DNA of 64,000 nt from Lama guanicoe (lineage: Eukaryota), in the NCBI GenBank assembly GCA_013239625.1, contig MU054187.1, forward strand, positions 870,001 to 934,000, read 5' to 3'. The notes under the pieces are model-generated. The model did not search any database. It saw only the letters and a list, made by a program, of their open reading frames with translations, and was not told the origin of the DNA. Made by a program: the position numbers and the translations under genes. How positions within the stretch are numbered: position 1 is the stretch's first letter; every line of letters begins with the position of its first letter. Below are positions 1 to 12,325 of this stretch, piece after piece.

Positions 1-213
1 ACCCTGGTTTCCGGCTGTGTCTCTGGGGAGAGGAAACTTAGTTTACACCCTCGCGCTGCGGTGGGAAAGTGCTCAGGTAGAGAGCTTGACTGGACTTGAC
101 TTCACCTCACCTCGCTCAGCGACCCTGGACGGCCCCCAGTCTGCCCGCAGCCGTCCTCCTGGACAAACGAGAGCTTCCTGTCCCCAAGGGGAGGTGCCTG
201 CAGGGACACTCAC

Positions 214-1020
214 CTGCGAACGCGGGTTACTTCAGGCGGTTGGGGTGAGAAGCACCGAGACTGCTCTTTGGTCTTTGGAGTAAGTCGTGGGGGCAGAGGA
301 AAGGATTTGACTGAGCAACGAGAAACGCTTTTGTGACACCCCATCCAGAAAGGTGCAGCGTTGCTTTTGGAAGCTTTTCAGACAAGGAAGTGCATTTCAT
401 TCCTCATAAACTCTCACTCAGAGTTTTCTCCAGGCTCCCTGGCGGAAATGGGTCGTAGCGCCATGCTGAAAGAAGAAGTCGTAGCAAGAAATGGGACTTG
501 CTGATGCAAACAGTTCCGGTGGCCTCTTACGGCCAGACGGGAACAGCCTCTTGCAGCAACAGGAGCTGCGTCCAGAGGAGCGGGCCCGGCCGAGAGCTGG
601 TGCACACAAAGCCAAGGGGACCGGGCTCCCACCCAGTCCGGCCCTAGGCGGCTCTACGTCTATAAGTTGAAACAAACGCGCTGTTTCCTCCTGCAGTTAG
701 CTTTTTTTCATCTCAGTTAAGGGCAACACAATCCAGGCAGCTGCCAACTGCAAAAAATAACGTGAATAAGACCTGCTTCCGTTCGCCTCTGCGCCCCGGC
801 TCCACCGCTCCCTCCCGCTCAGGCACGCCCTTCCAGGCATCTTCCCGGCTGCTGAGGCCTCCCCGAGGTGCCCCCGCCCCGGCTGATCTGAAGTAGGGCC
901 TCTCCCCGGCACAGCCCAGGCGCGGCCAGCAGCATGGGGAGTTGGAGTGGCAGGGTGTACAGACGGGCACGCTCGAGACATAAATTAGAAATGTGCCCGC
1001 CAGTCCATCGCCACCACCCA
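214..1020 (-). promoter_or_regulatory. CpG-rich promoter-like region with a candidate minus-strand exon ending at a consensus donor (214|213)
   Basis: Elevated CpG, GC boxes (ccccgcccc ~872) and an ETS-like ttccgg core (~514). Minus-strand donor CGCAG|GTGAGT with GT at 213-212. No repeat recognised. Confidence 0.45.
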
Positions 1021-1446
1021 CGATAAATAAAAAAGGCCTTGTCTTCTGTCTTCACGGCCGACTTCCCACTCAGATGGAAATTTGTCGGTAAATATTCTAC
1101 CTGATGGGACCTATTTTTCAAGCAATCAAACAAATATACCATCTCTGCAAATCATTATTTGATTTATTTGCCAACTTCACATATGATGAAAGAAGCTTTT
1201 TTTTTTGCTTCAAAACAGTTTAGCTGGCGCCTAACTGTAAAGCTGTTCAGAAATGTCTCTCAGATTGTACCCTTAAACCAAAAAAATGACTACGGCCCTG
1301 AGCAATAATTATACAAAATGAAAACAATCATCAAGGTAAGGAGCAAGAGGCTGTCAGTAGTGCCTGAATCAGGTAAATACGCTTCTGTCTGTTTCACAGC
1401 AGGTGAAACCCTGAACTGCCCCAGCTCTATCAAGACGGAGTGGATA

Positions 1447-1678
1447 ATCTCATGGTTACAGGGGGGACGGGGTGGGGAGGGGTGAATTTGGGAGTCTGAG
1501 ACTTGCAAATATTAACTACTTTATGTAAAAATAGATTAAAAAACAAATTTATTCTGTATAGCACAGGGAACTGTATTTAAGGAAAAAGAACACGTGTGTG
1601 TATGTGTATGACTGGGACACTGTGCTGTCTGCCAGAAGCTGACACATTGTACCCAACTATACTTCAACTAAAAAAGAT
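1447..1678 (+). mobile_element. Truncated L1 3' UTR, cetartiodactyl/camelid type, internally deleted
   Basis: Contains ...ctgtatagcacagggaactgtatt...gtatgactgggacactgtgctgt...tatacttcaactaaaaaa, a typical L1 3' terminus with A-tail. Confidence 0.85.
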
Positions 1679-2150
1679 ACAACCAGCGTACAGAGACTGC
1701 ACGTATTTAAACTGCGTAGCTTTATGATATTATAATTAAAACTTCCATTCTGAGGTGACTAGGCTCCCGGCCGTTGTGAGATATAATGCCGAGGTCCTGT
1801 GTGCCCTCCATTTAGTTTCCTCCAGCAACGACACCTTACACAGCTGCTCGGCTACGTGCAGTCATTGCCAGTAGACCGACTTCAATACAGCCCCGGGGTC
1901 TCTGGCTTTTGCATTTCACTTCTGCGTGTGTGTGTGCACGTGTGTGTTCAGTGCTGTGCAGCGTTAGCATGTGTGGAGTCTTCCACGTCCATGACCACGG
2001 TCAAGATACAGAGCATTTTGGTTGTCTCCAGGTGTGTGTCACTCTCCTCCTTTAGGACCACCTCTCCCTGACTGTCCCAAGGGCCACCATTCACTTGCTC
2101 TCTGCCCCTGCAGTTTGCCATTTCAAGAATTTACAATAAATGGAATCATA

Positions 2151-2447
2151 TGAAAACAAATATATGTATGTTCATGTATGACTGAAACATGCTGTACACC
2201 AGCAATGGACACACCACTGTAAACTGACTGCACTTCAGTAAACATACACATGCAAAGAATAGACAACAAGGACCACTGTATACCGCAGGGAACTGCATTC
2301 AATTGCCTGTAGCAACATTTAATGGAAACAATCTGAAAAGAAAAAATATAAATGTATGCGTCTATATAACTGAATCACTTTGCTGTACACCTGAAATTAA
2401 GATTACAAATCAACTATACTTCAACAAATTTCTTTAAATTATAAAAA
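2151..2447 (+). mobile_element. Two tandem L1 3' ends inside one 16-bp target-site duplication, inserted in an older L1 remnant
   Basis: TSD aataaatggaatcata (2135-2150) vs aataaacggaatcata (2448-2463). Two L1 termini end near 2240 and 2447. Confidence 0.8.
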
Positions 2448-2597
2448 AATAAACGGAATCATACATTAAGTGACCTTTTAAAATCGGCTTTTCCACTCAG
2501 TGGGTTTTCTCTGGGTAAGTACCTGCAGCTGAATGAAGGGACGACATGGCAGGGATAGTGTCTGTGGAAAACTTTAACCATTTATTGTTTGTTGTTG

Positions 2598-2775
2598 GTC
2601 TTTTAACTGAAGTACAGTCAGCTTAAGATGCTGTGTTAGTGCCTGGTGGACAGCAGCGTGGCTCAGTCGTACACACACGTATACATTCCTTTTCCCATTC
2701 TTTTCCATTGCAGCTATTACAAGGTGTTGGGTATAGTTCCCCGTGCTGTGCAGTATAACCTTGTTCATCTACTTT
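2598..2775 (-). mobile_element. Truncated L1 3' end
   Basis: Reverse complement of the same L1 terminus (ttttaactgaagtacagtcag...agttccccgtgctgtgcagta). Confidence 0.85.
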
Positions 2776-3789
2776 TAATGCCTTTGTTGTGGTGTGATTC
2801 CTGTGCAGTAAGCTACACATTTTCCGGTGAACAATGTGATGAATTTTGATAGATGTATATGCCTACGAAGCACTGCCACAGTCAAGACAGCTCACATTTC
2901 CATCTCTCCCCAGGAGGTGCACATTTCGAATTCCCAATTTATCCCTTCGCACCCCCTTTAACCCGCGTGTTTCCTGATGATTTTCAGAGTTCTCTGAGTT
3001 CCTCCAGCAGCCGAGAAGCAACTAAGGCAAAACAGAAGTCGGATCCTCAGGATCCCGAGAAAAAGGAGAACCGTGTTCCTATATGCCTTCAACGTCGGCT
3101 AAAGAGCCTTATCAGGGAAATACTCTGTCCAAACACAATTTAAGATTTAAGACGTATCATTAATCAAACTAATGTTTCTAGAATTTGGCTTGAATTTTTT
3201 TAACTAATGGTAAAGAAAATGGAAAAGCTATTTCTTATCACCTTAAAATCTCCTACCTGAAGCAGTAAGACAATCTGAGTAAACACAAAAGAGTCTCTGA
3301 AGCTGTTAGGTTAATCATGGTTGCTGTGTCTTTATTAACCCGTAGTCTAGTCTTATTTACATGTAAATCAAAGTCTGTTCTCAACTGCTTTTGTACCTAG
3401 AAGACTGCGGGGGGGAAAGAGGAAAGGAAGTCATCTCTGGGCTCGGAAGTTCTCACCTGTTTCCTCTGAACAGCGAGTGAACCTGGGGTGGGACAAGGAG
3501 CGTCCATTCTGCTCACTTCCCAGGACGAGGAAGTGGGAAACCAAAACATAGAACCAAAATATTTCGGGCAGCACTTCAGACTGATCCCTGGGAACCCCTT
3601 CATGGTTAATGTGGGGATTAAAGTAGGGGAGAGGGGGTGGAAGAAGGAGAAACTTGAAAGGGAAATAAGATGGGGGAGGAAGCTGGGGAGTGGGGAGGGC
3701 GGGAAGGAGAAAGAGTGGAAATAAAATCAAATGTAGAAACATAATGGTCGAATTACTGAAAACAAAGGTAAAGAAAAACGTTAGCATCA

Positions 3790-4130
3790 GTCAGAGGAAG
3801 AAGATACCTCATGTCACAGAAAAACAATGATGGGTGTTTTAGCTGACTTCCCAGCAGAAGCCCCAAAGCCCAGGCAATGGCATAACATCTTTAAAGTATT
3901 GAAGGAAAGAAAAGTCCGAATTCTACGGGTGCCGAAAATGCACTTCAAAACTGAAGTTGAAATAAAAACATTTTTCTGATAAGCAAAACCAGAGCTCTCT
4001 TTTCAACGCTAAAACATGTTCTTAGGATTGAAGGATTTGTAGGAAGACAAAAGATCACTGGAGAGAATCACAGTTTGATAAATGCCAAAGATACGAGGTT
4101 TTTCCCTTTTAAAAGATACCCGACTATCTA
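3790..4130 (+). mobile_element. Ancient L1 ORF1 3' fragment
   Basis: gctgacttcccagcagaa...aacatctttaaagtattgaaggaaaa...gaaataaaaacatttttctgataagcaaaa resembles degenerate L1M ORF1. Confidence 0.65.
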
Positions 4131-4506
4131 GAGCATAAAAGCAGCATCGTACGCTGTGAGTTACAACGCACAGCGAAGTGGAAGATGCGACAAACAGCAT
4201 TCGGACCAGCGAGGGGATGGTGCTGCGGGGACGCTGTGACGGATGGGAAGCTGAAGTATCTGACGACACCTGGGTGCGAGACGGTCGCACGAGGCAGCCG
4301 CAGCAGGGTAAGGCACACGCAGGTCACGCTAGGCCCCCGTCTAGAGCAGTGGCTGCCCACGGCCAGTCCACGAGTGCTGCGGGCGTGATGACAGGTGGAC
4401 GGAGCCTCCCCTTCAAGGATGCCTGCGTCTCGGTGAGTAACTGCGGGCATGAGCGTGGTATCAACACTGGAGCCTCCCTACGCACACTTCAGAGCACACA
4501 GTATTT

Positions 4507-5113
4507 TTTTTTAACATTTTTTAATTGAGTTATAGTTATTCTACAATGTTGTGTCAAATTCCAGCGTAAAGCACAATTTTTCAGTTATACATGAAAATAC
4601 ATATAATCATTGTCACATCTTTTTCTCCGTGAGCTACCACAAGATCTTGTATATATTTTCCTGTGCTGCACAGTATAATCTTGTTTATCTATTCTGCATT
4701 TTGAAATCCCAGTCTGTCCCTTCCCCCCCTCTGCCCCCTTGGCAACCACAAGTTTGTATTCTATGTCTATGAGTCTGCTTCTGTTTTGTATTTATGTTCT
4801 TTTTTTTTTTACATTCCACATATAAGAGATCTCATATGGTATTTTTCTTTCTCTTTCTGGCTTACTTCACTTAGAATGACATTCTCCAGGGACATCCATG
4901 TTGCTGCATTTGGCATTATTTTCTCAGTTTTTATGGCCAAATAGTATTCCATTGTATAAATATACCACCTCTTCTTTATCCAGTCCTCTTTTGATGGACA
5001 TTTAGGCTGTTTCCATGTCTTGGCTACTGTAAATAGTGCTGCTATGAACATCGGGGTGCAGGTGTCTTTTTGAAGTAGGGTTCCTTCCAGATATATGCCC
5101 AGGAGTGGGGTTA
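4507..5113 (-). mobile_element. Relatively young 5'-truncated L1 (ORF2 C-terminus, 3' UTR, poly-A) with 17-bp TSD
   Basis: ORF 4809-5174 encodes the L1 ORF2p C-terminus (PLLGIY...CTPMFIAALFTVAKTWKQPKCPS...WYIYTMEYY...ATWMSLENVILSEVSQ). TSD cagagcacacagtattt (4490-4506) vs cagagcagacagtattt (5114-5130). Confidence 0.95.
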
Positions 5114-5919
5114 CAGAGCAGACAGTATTTCTGATTATCCCTGAGGCCTTGGGACACAGAGACTCAGCACACACGTGATTAGAGGCACATGTCGTGTCGA
5201 CTTGCTGTCCCCGCTGCTTGCTGGTGCTGGTGCTGTTGAGTTTGAGGCTGGTCTCTCCAGGGATGGCCAGACCCTCCTGGATTCCACAGAGTGTGTGACA
5301 CAGTTAGTTGTTGACGTGAGCAAAATGGGGTCCTTTGAGCCACTGGACATTCACAAAGATGCAGGAACTTGTACAGAAGTCAGGATCCACATTAGGAAAA
5401 CTGGGGGCAACCTCGACGCGGTAGTGCCTGTGCCAGTTTCTGGCTAAAACAGTCAAAGCACACTAATGTCAAAGCCAGGCCTTGGACCAAGGAGCGGCCA
5501 GTCACCCACGGGGAGGGGACGTCCAGGAGCCAGGCTGCTGGGGCCCCACATTGCATCCTGCACCAGCCGTGTGGACGTCTCCCCACTGACGGTGTCACAC
5601 CCTCCTTCCAGGCCACATGGAGAGAGCCTGAGTGCACAGCATGGATGCTTCCCAGAGAGCTGCTCACACGACAGGTTCAAGGGCAGGGTCGCCCACAGTC
5701 TCGTTCTGGCGCACCCTCAGTGACACCTGGAGACAAGGCTTTGCTGCTTCAGGGCAGGACGACAGGTGTTGTCCCCTTTGCCTCGGCAAAGGGGAGGACT
5801 GGTCCCTGAAGCTTCCCGGTAACCCTTGCAGTTCTTCTCTCCTCGTGTTTCCTTCCGTCGGGTGGCAGCTCCTGCCATGGCAGCTCCTGCCATGGCTGAG
5901 TCAGTGTCTCCTAGAGCTG

Positions 5920-6900
5920 ATCACCTGTCACTGCACACCCGTGATGCGGCAGGTGTCCATCCTTCGTCCCTTGTTGTCAGGTACTCTGTTGTGTGATGTG
6001 CTGCCGTCTCTTTGTCCATTAATCTGCTGAGGGGTGTTTCGGCCATTTCCAATTCGGGGCTGTTATCTCCAAGAACGCAGGAACGCATGCTTTTCCTTCT
6101 CTTGGGTAAATAATGAGGAGCGGATGAAGGGTTAGGGTACGTGCGTGTCGTCGTCTTAGGAACCCGGCAGGCGGTTTGCAAGCCCTTGTGCCATTTCCTT
6201 CCCGCGTGTGAGGGTTTCAGCCGCTTCATGTGCCTCACACCCCTGCCAGCGCCTGGGGGTCTTGGAGCGCAGACTCTGTCGGGTGAGTTGTGGTGAGCCA
6301 CTGCTATGGTTTTAATTTGCATTTCCGTCATATCTACCTATGTTGAGCATCTTTTATGTACTTATTTGTCATCCAAATATTTTTCGGTGTGAATTGGCTG
6401 ATATTATGCCCAAGGTTTTATTTGGTTGTTTGCTTTATTGTTAAACTTGAGTGTTTTTAAAACTCTGATATTAAGCCGTCTGTCCTATATGAGATGCGAA
6501 GTGCATCTCTTCTGTGTGCTGCTTGTCTGTCATTCTTAAAAGTATCTTTTAAACAACATGAAAATTTGAATTCTAAGAAAGTCCAAATCATCAATTATCT
6601 CATTTAGTACATTGTGCTTTCGATATTATATACAGAAATTATTTGATTGTCTCAAGCTCAGGAAGACTTTTTTCCTGTGTTTTTTCATCAAGTGTTTTTC
6701 ATTTTTAGGTTTTTCTTTCAGGTCTGCAAGCATGTTGGGTTAATTTTTTAAAATGGTGTCAAAATATGCTTTTTGCATGTGAGTATCCAATTATTTCAGT
6801 AATATTTGTTGAAAATTCTATAGTTTCTCCAACTAATTGTCTTCATACCTTAGTTTAAAATGAACTGACCATGTTTATATAACATGTTGCCATATTCTAT
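5920..6900 (-). mobile_element. Ancient L1 ORF2/3' fragment
   Basis: ggttttaatttgcatttcc...gttgagcatcttttatgtacttatttgtcatcc...gtatccaattatttcagtaatatttgttgaaaa, degenerate antisense L1 ORF2. Confidence 0.75.
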
Positions 6901-6919
6901 ATTTTGTTTCATATATAAT

Positions 6920-7330
6920 CATGTAAAATAATAAAAAAGAACAGAAATCAATAAAATAAAAATCAGAAACTGAATTGAGAAGATTGAGAAAGCAAAAAGT
7001 TTGTTATTTTGAAAATACTGATTAAATTAATAAACATCTAGCAAGAATAATGCAGACACAAAGAGATAAAACAAACATCCAAAATCAAGAATGAAATAAC
7101 AGCGTCCCCCAAACCCTTGCAGAAGGACGCTAAGGAAATACTAGAGCAGTCACATATCAGTACCTTAGACAACGTAAGTAAAATTGACAAGCGGCTTTAA
7201 AAATGGGAACTCTTAACAGTAAATAAAACGAATTTATAATGTAAAGGCTTCCTACGGAAAAGTCTAGGTCCGGACATATTGAATGCAGCCAAACGTTTTC
7301 AGGAAAATAAATGAGTTTTATACACAGCCT
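6920..7330 (+). mobile_element. Ancient L1 ORF2 fragment
   Basis: A-rich segment (agaaatcaataaaataaaaatcagaaac...aaacatctagcaagaataat) typical of L1 ORF2. Confidence 0.65.
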
Positions 7331-7473
7331 GTCCGAGTCGATGGGTGGGTGAGAGTGGGCCCTCAGGCCTCTGCGTGCAGGTGGGACCAGGGACCGTCGG
7401 CCGTGAGGCCCCCTGGCGCGCGTGCACCAGGCTGGCCCCCTGGCCCTTCCCACCGGCCCGCTGCAGCGGAGCG

Positions 7474-7524
7474 GCTGGTTGCTAGGGGACGCTGGTTGCT
7501 AGGGGACGCTGGTTGCTAGGAGAC
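7474..7524. promoter_or_regulatory. 17-bp tandem repeat x3, each unit carrying an RFX X-box-like motif, in a CpG-rich patch (~7330-7850)
   Basis: gctggttgctaggggac / gctggttgctaggggac / gctggttgctaggagac. GTTGCTAGG(G/A)GAC matches the RFX X-box form. Confidence 0.6.
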
Positions 7525-8579
7525 TCGGGGTCCCTGGGAGCTCTCTGCGGTGCGGCTGCTGCTCAGCCTCAGTCCCTCGCTCGCGCGCTCGCTCTGTCCT
7601 GGCTGCGCACCTCTCTCTCCCAGCTCCTCCATCACTTTCTCTCAGACGTTACCCCTCATGTATTTGACTCCTTCTGCTTCTCGCCTCAAAGAAACTAAAA
7701 CCTTGGAGAAAATGGATGACGCCGGGAGCGGTCTGAGAGAACAAGCAGCTTCGGTTCAGTCCAGTTGCCCCACGGAAAGAGCAGGGCGGCCCTGACCACG
7801 CGGGGCAGGAGGAGCCTGCGCGCAGCCCCGGGATGAGACCGGGGCCCCTCCTGCTCAGTCCTGGACACCTTTTCACTGGGAACTGACGTCTCCAGCCATC
7901 CTGGACTCAGACAGGTGTAATTTCCAAGGGTCCAGCCTCTGAGACCTGCCCAGAGCGTAGATGAAGTTGGGAGAAGCGGTGTGAAGGTGGAGGAGGAGAG
8001 GCTCTGACAGCGGGCAGCAACCTCAGCGTAGCTGTGGTGACCGGACGTGAGGTGACCCGGGAGCTCCTCTGCTGCTTCCCCCAGGTGGAGGTGCACAGCA
8101 TCCTTGGGGGGCTTCCTGAGCTGGTGTTAACAGCAGGTCCCCTCCTGAGCCCCAGGGGTCCCCATGAGCATCTGCTCTCTGGCTCCAGCTGGAAGCAGGG
8201 CACGGAGGCCAGCATGCATGAACGTTCTGTCCCGGCCAGCGATAGGGTGAGCAGGGAGTGAGGCAGGCCTGCTGGGTGCAGAGATCCTCGCAGGTGACGC
8301 GGGAGGCCTCCCTGATGCTGGACCAAACTGCCTCAGCACCGCACTGCAGGCCGAGGTGCTTCCCCAGCCTTCCTCCCTCCCTCCCCGCTTCCCCTGGGGC
8401 CAGAATTGCACTGAGGTCTGACGGCTCTCCCGGCTTCAGCGAGCTCTCTTCCATTTTCTCTTATGTGCATTTTTCCTAATGCATTTATTTCATGTTTAAA
8501 AATATCTTGCTGCCAGAGGACTTGAACTAACCAAATAAAGGAGAAAATAACATATTCCAAAGTATTTTAATAAAGTCAG

Positions 8580-10730
8580 AAAAGACCTAAAGCCAAAACC
8601 TGAGATATGTGACAGAAATGAAAAGTATAGAGTAATATTCTTATAAACATAGAATCAAAAATCATCAATAAAATGTTATCAAATCAAACCAACATAAAAA
8701 CAAAAAACCCCATAATAATCCAGTGAGGTTTATTCCAGAAATATATGTTTGGTTGAACATTTGAAAATAAATGAAATAATACAGCATATTAAAAGAATAA
8801 AAGAGAAAAAATATATAATCTTAATAGGTGAAAAAAATCATTTGACAAAATTTCAGTCATTCTTTATAAAAAATAATCAGTGCATTAAAAGAACTTTCTC
8901 AAATTAATAAAGAACATGAACAAAAATCTACAAGTCACATCACATTTAATGTTGAAACACTAAGCCCTTTTACCCCGAGGTTGGGATTTAGGCAAACATG
9001 CTTCCTCTCCACCTCTCCACTTCTGTGCAACGCTGCCCTGGGTCACTGCCAGTGTAATAAGACAGGCAAAGAACGTAAGGACGAAGACGGAGAAGGGTGA
9101 GATCAAAGTCTATTAACAGATGACAATTGTCTATGTGGGAAATCTTAAGGAAGTGACCAAAAAGACTCCTAGAATAATTAATCAATTTAACAAGTTAAGC
9201 GATTACAGTGTCAAAATACAAAACTCAATTGTATTTATATGATAGCAACAAGAAATTTGAAAATTAAATTTAAAAAAATACTAAAGCCTTGATTAAAAAA
9301 AGATCTAAATGAAAAAAGATGCATATTTTGTTGACAGGTTGGAAGACTCAATCTTGTTAAACTGTTGCCTGTCCCAAAATTGAGTGAAAATTAATTCAAC
9401 CTCAGGCAAGACCCTACAGGCTTCTTACTTGTAGAAAATACACAATGTAATTCTGCAAATTGTGTGAAAATATAAAGGATCTAGAATGAGTCCCTAAAAA
9501 TATTGAAAAATGAAATAACATTGGGAGACACTGATTTCAAGGACTTGAAGGCTACACTAATCAAGAGTGTGACACTGGTATTAATGATGGACGAGTATTT
9601 CATTGGAGCCAAACATGCAGTTCAGAGATAGACCTGAACATTTATTACTCACTGATTTTTCTCAAGAAAGCCAAAGTAGTTCAACAGACAAACGGTTATC
9701 TTCTTAACGAAACAGGTTGAACAGTTTCTTAGATAATTAAACATACACTTGCCGTATGACCTGAGAATTCCACTCTGAGGCATTCACCCAAGATAAATAA
9801 AAACAGATGTCGACAGAGAGGCTTGAACATGAAATGTGCATAACAGCTTCGTTCATAAAAACCGAAAGGTGGAGTAACTCCAACGTGTGCCTGCAGGTGA
9901 ACAGATGAACGTGAAGCGATGTCGTCATGCCATGAACTGCGGCTGGACCATAATGACAAGTAACCAGACATCGACAGGGACTTCACTGATGACTCTAAAA
10001 CTCCGCAGACTGCAGAAGCAGCCAGACAAGAGCGCATACCAAACTGCACTGTTTACACGGCATCTGCAGCAGGCAACTGACCCTTAGTGACTAAAACCAG
10101 AGCAGTGGTTCCCGTGTGCTGGGCACGGGTGTGGCTACTGGAAAGGGACAATGAAGGAAGACTCTGGGATGACAGACATTTTTACTATTTTGGATGTGTT
10201 GGCCACAGGGGTCTACATATTTGTCAAAATCAATGGAACCTTACTTAAAATGTCTTAACATTGTTGCATGCAAATTTTCCATCTTTGGAGCTGATTTGAT
10301 AAAACTGAACATATATGTTCCATATTACACAGCAATTCATCAGTAGGTAACTATATATTATGACAGAAGCCCTGATTTACAATATTCATACCACTTCTAT
10401 TTATAACAACCCTACAGTGGAAACTAGCCGGATATGTGTTAATAGCAGAATGCATAATTATTTGTGGTGGATTCAGCCAGTGTACCACTATCGCGCAGCG
10501 AGACTGACTGGACCACCTCTACGGGGAACAGCACGGGCGGATTTCACAAGCACAGTGCTGACAAAAAATACAGACACAAAAGTCTTTATGTTGCATCGTT
10601 TCAGTTCCTAAAGTATGAGTGTCGTTAAATCTAATAGAGTAATGGTCAAAATTGTGGTCAGAGCGCTGGTTACCTTTGGGCTGTGGTTGGAGGAAGGAAT
10701 GTGGGGGCTTCCAGAATATGAATAATATTT
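8580..10730 (+). mobile_element. Ancient L1 (L1M-class) ORF2 and 3' UTR fragments
   Basis: Degenerate ORF2 motifs (cagtgaggtttattccagaaat, cagatgacaattgtctatgtggga, ttggaagactcaat, aattccactctgaggcattcaccca) followed by L1M-like 3' tails near 10.2 and 10.7 kb. Confidence 0.8.
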
Positions 10731-11969
10731 TGATATTTCAGGACAAATTTACCTTTTCTATTGCCCCTTTTAAAAATTGTTTTCAATGCCTTCTTTGTTA
10801 TACTCAGCAGTGTGCCCTCCCTGTTTGCACTAGCTTTTTTCTTATTTCATGCCAACTTCTTAAATGGTATAAGAAATGGTGTCAGCAAATGAATGCTGTC
10901 TTGTGAATTTGTTCATTTTTGTGAACTTTTGTTTCCTAGCCTCAACAAAATTAAAATGTTTGTGCATATAAATCAACTTTCACGTACTTTATTCCCAGAC
11001 TCCTCAACAGGGTGTGAAGCACACGGGAGAATTCTCACATACGCTCAGCCTGTGGGTACACATGCTGGTCTGGTGCTGGCGTTCGTTCCTGTGGGTCTGG
11101 AACGGTGCCTGGCTGTGCAAGGCAAGCAAGGAGTGTACCCATGACCTGGAACACCGTTTCTTGGTTACTTAGCCTTTATGTAGGGGCCCCTGAGTGCAAC
11201 TATAGGACTATAGCATGGAGTTTCAATGTTGTTAGCCATTAAGAATCGTAAGAAATTTTTTCAAGGGAAGAACAGGAATTATTCAGACCTCAAATTATGT
11301 AACAAAAATCAGCAGTAATTCTTTGTTTATGCTGAAATGAACTTTATGAAATAAAAGAACCCCAACATTCCCATAGTCTGTCACTCCCATCTCTGTAATT
11401 TTTTCCAGCTCTGCACAGTCATCTTTAGGGTCCAGTTCTCACCACGGTAACCTGGATTCTCTCCCACAGTCAGCTGAGAGCTGATGGATGGCATCTCCAC
11501 AACCTCCGTATTTAGCTGTTAGCTGGCTTCAAACGTAGTGGGAACATCTACGCTGAGAGTATGAGCAAGTACCAACCCCTGGCGCTTTCTCCCCGTGAGC
11601 CCCAGCTGCCAAGTGTCACAGCCTGTGACTGTTTGTGAAATTCTGCTGCGTTTCTTGATCATCTGAGGTTGCTCGTGAGGTTGGCGTGCCCGTGCCCCGG
11701 CATTCCTGTGCCCTGGCATTCCCCCTCTGTCTGTCTTCAGCTTTCCTGCTCTATGTCTGTTTTTCTGAATGGAAGACCATGCCACACATTTTACCTTAAA
11801 TATAATGGGTCATTGTCTTCTGATTTGAAACTCATTGTATCTGTGGCCAATCATACTGCTTTTCTTCATTCATTTTCACGAATGATTTAGTGTTTTGACG
11901 CGGGTACCCAAAGGGTTTTGTTTTTCTTTTTACATGAAAATGGCTTTACTAGAGTAGTTTTCTTAAAAA

Positions 11970-12325
11970 GATGTTTTTTTAATTGAGGCACAGTTGTTTC
12001 ACAACGTTGCGTTAATGTCTGGTTTACAGCTCAGTGATTCAGTTGTGCGTGCATATGTGTTCCTGTTCACATTCTTTTTCATCAAAGGCCATTGCAAGGT
12101 ACTGAGTACAGTTCCCTGTGCTCTGCAGTGAGACCTTGTTGTTTAGCTATTTTACATACTTAGTTAGAATCTGCAATTCCCCGGCTCCCAGTTTATTCCC
12201 TTGGCAACCATACGTTTGTTTTTATGTCTCTGAGTCTGTTTCTGGTTTGTATGTAAGTTCATGTGTCCTGTTTCTGTAGATTCCATGTATAAGTGGTATC
12301 ATACGACATTTTTCTTTCTCTTTCT
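11970..12325 (-). mobile_element. Truncated L1 3' end
   Basis: Poly-T, then aattgaggcacagttg...cagttccctgtgctctgcagt...ggcaaccatacgtttg...agattccatgtataagtg. Confidence 0.85.

Noticed and set aside
3620..3720. G-quadruplex-capable purine tract
   Set aside because: Common low-complexity sequence beside an L1 remnant, with no functional context.
4809..5174. 121-aa ORF as a host gene
   Set aside because: It is the L1 ORF2p C-terminus of a truncated insertion. Its start lies outside the element.
5175..5447. 90-aa ORF as a processed pseudogene
   Set aside because: No recognisable homology, poly-A tail or TSD.
5863..5896. 15-bp tandem duplication (tggcagctcctgcca x2)
   Set aside because: Ordinary slippage duplication with no evident function.
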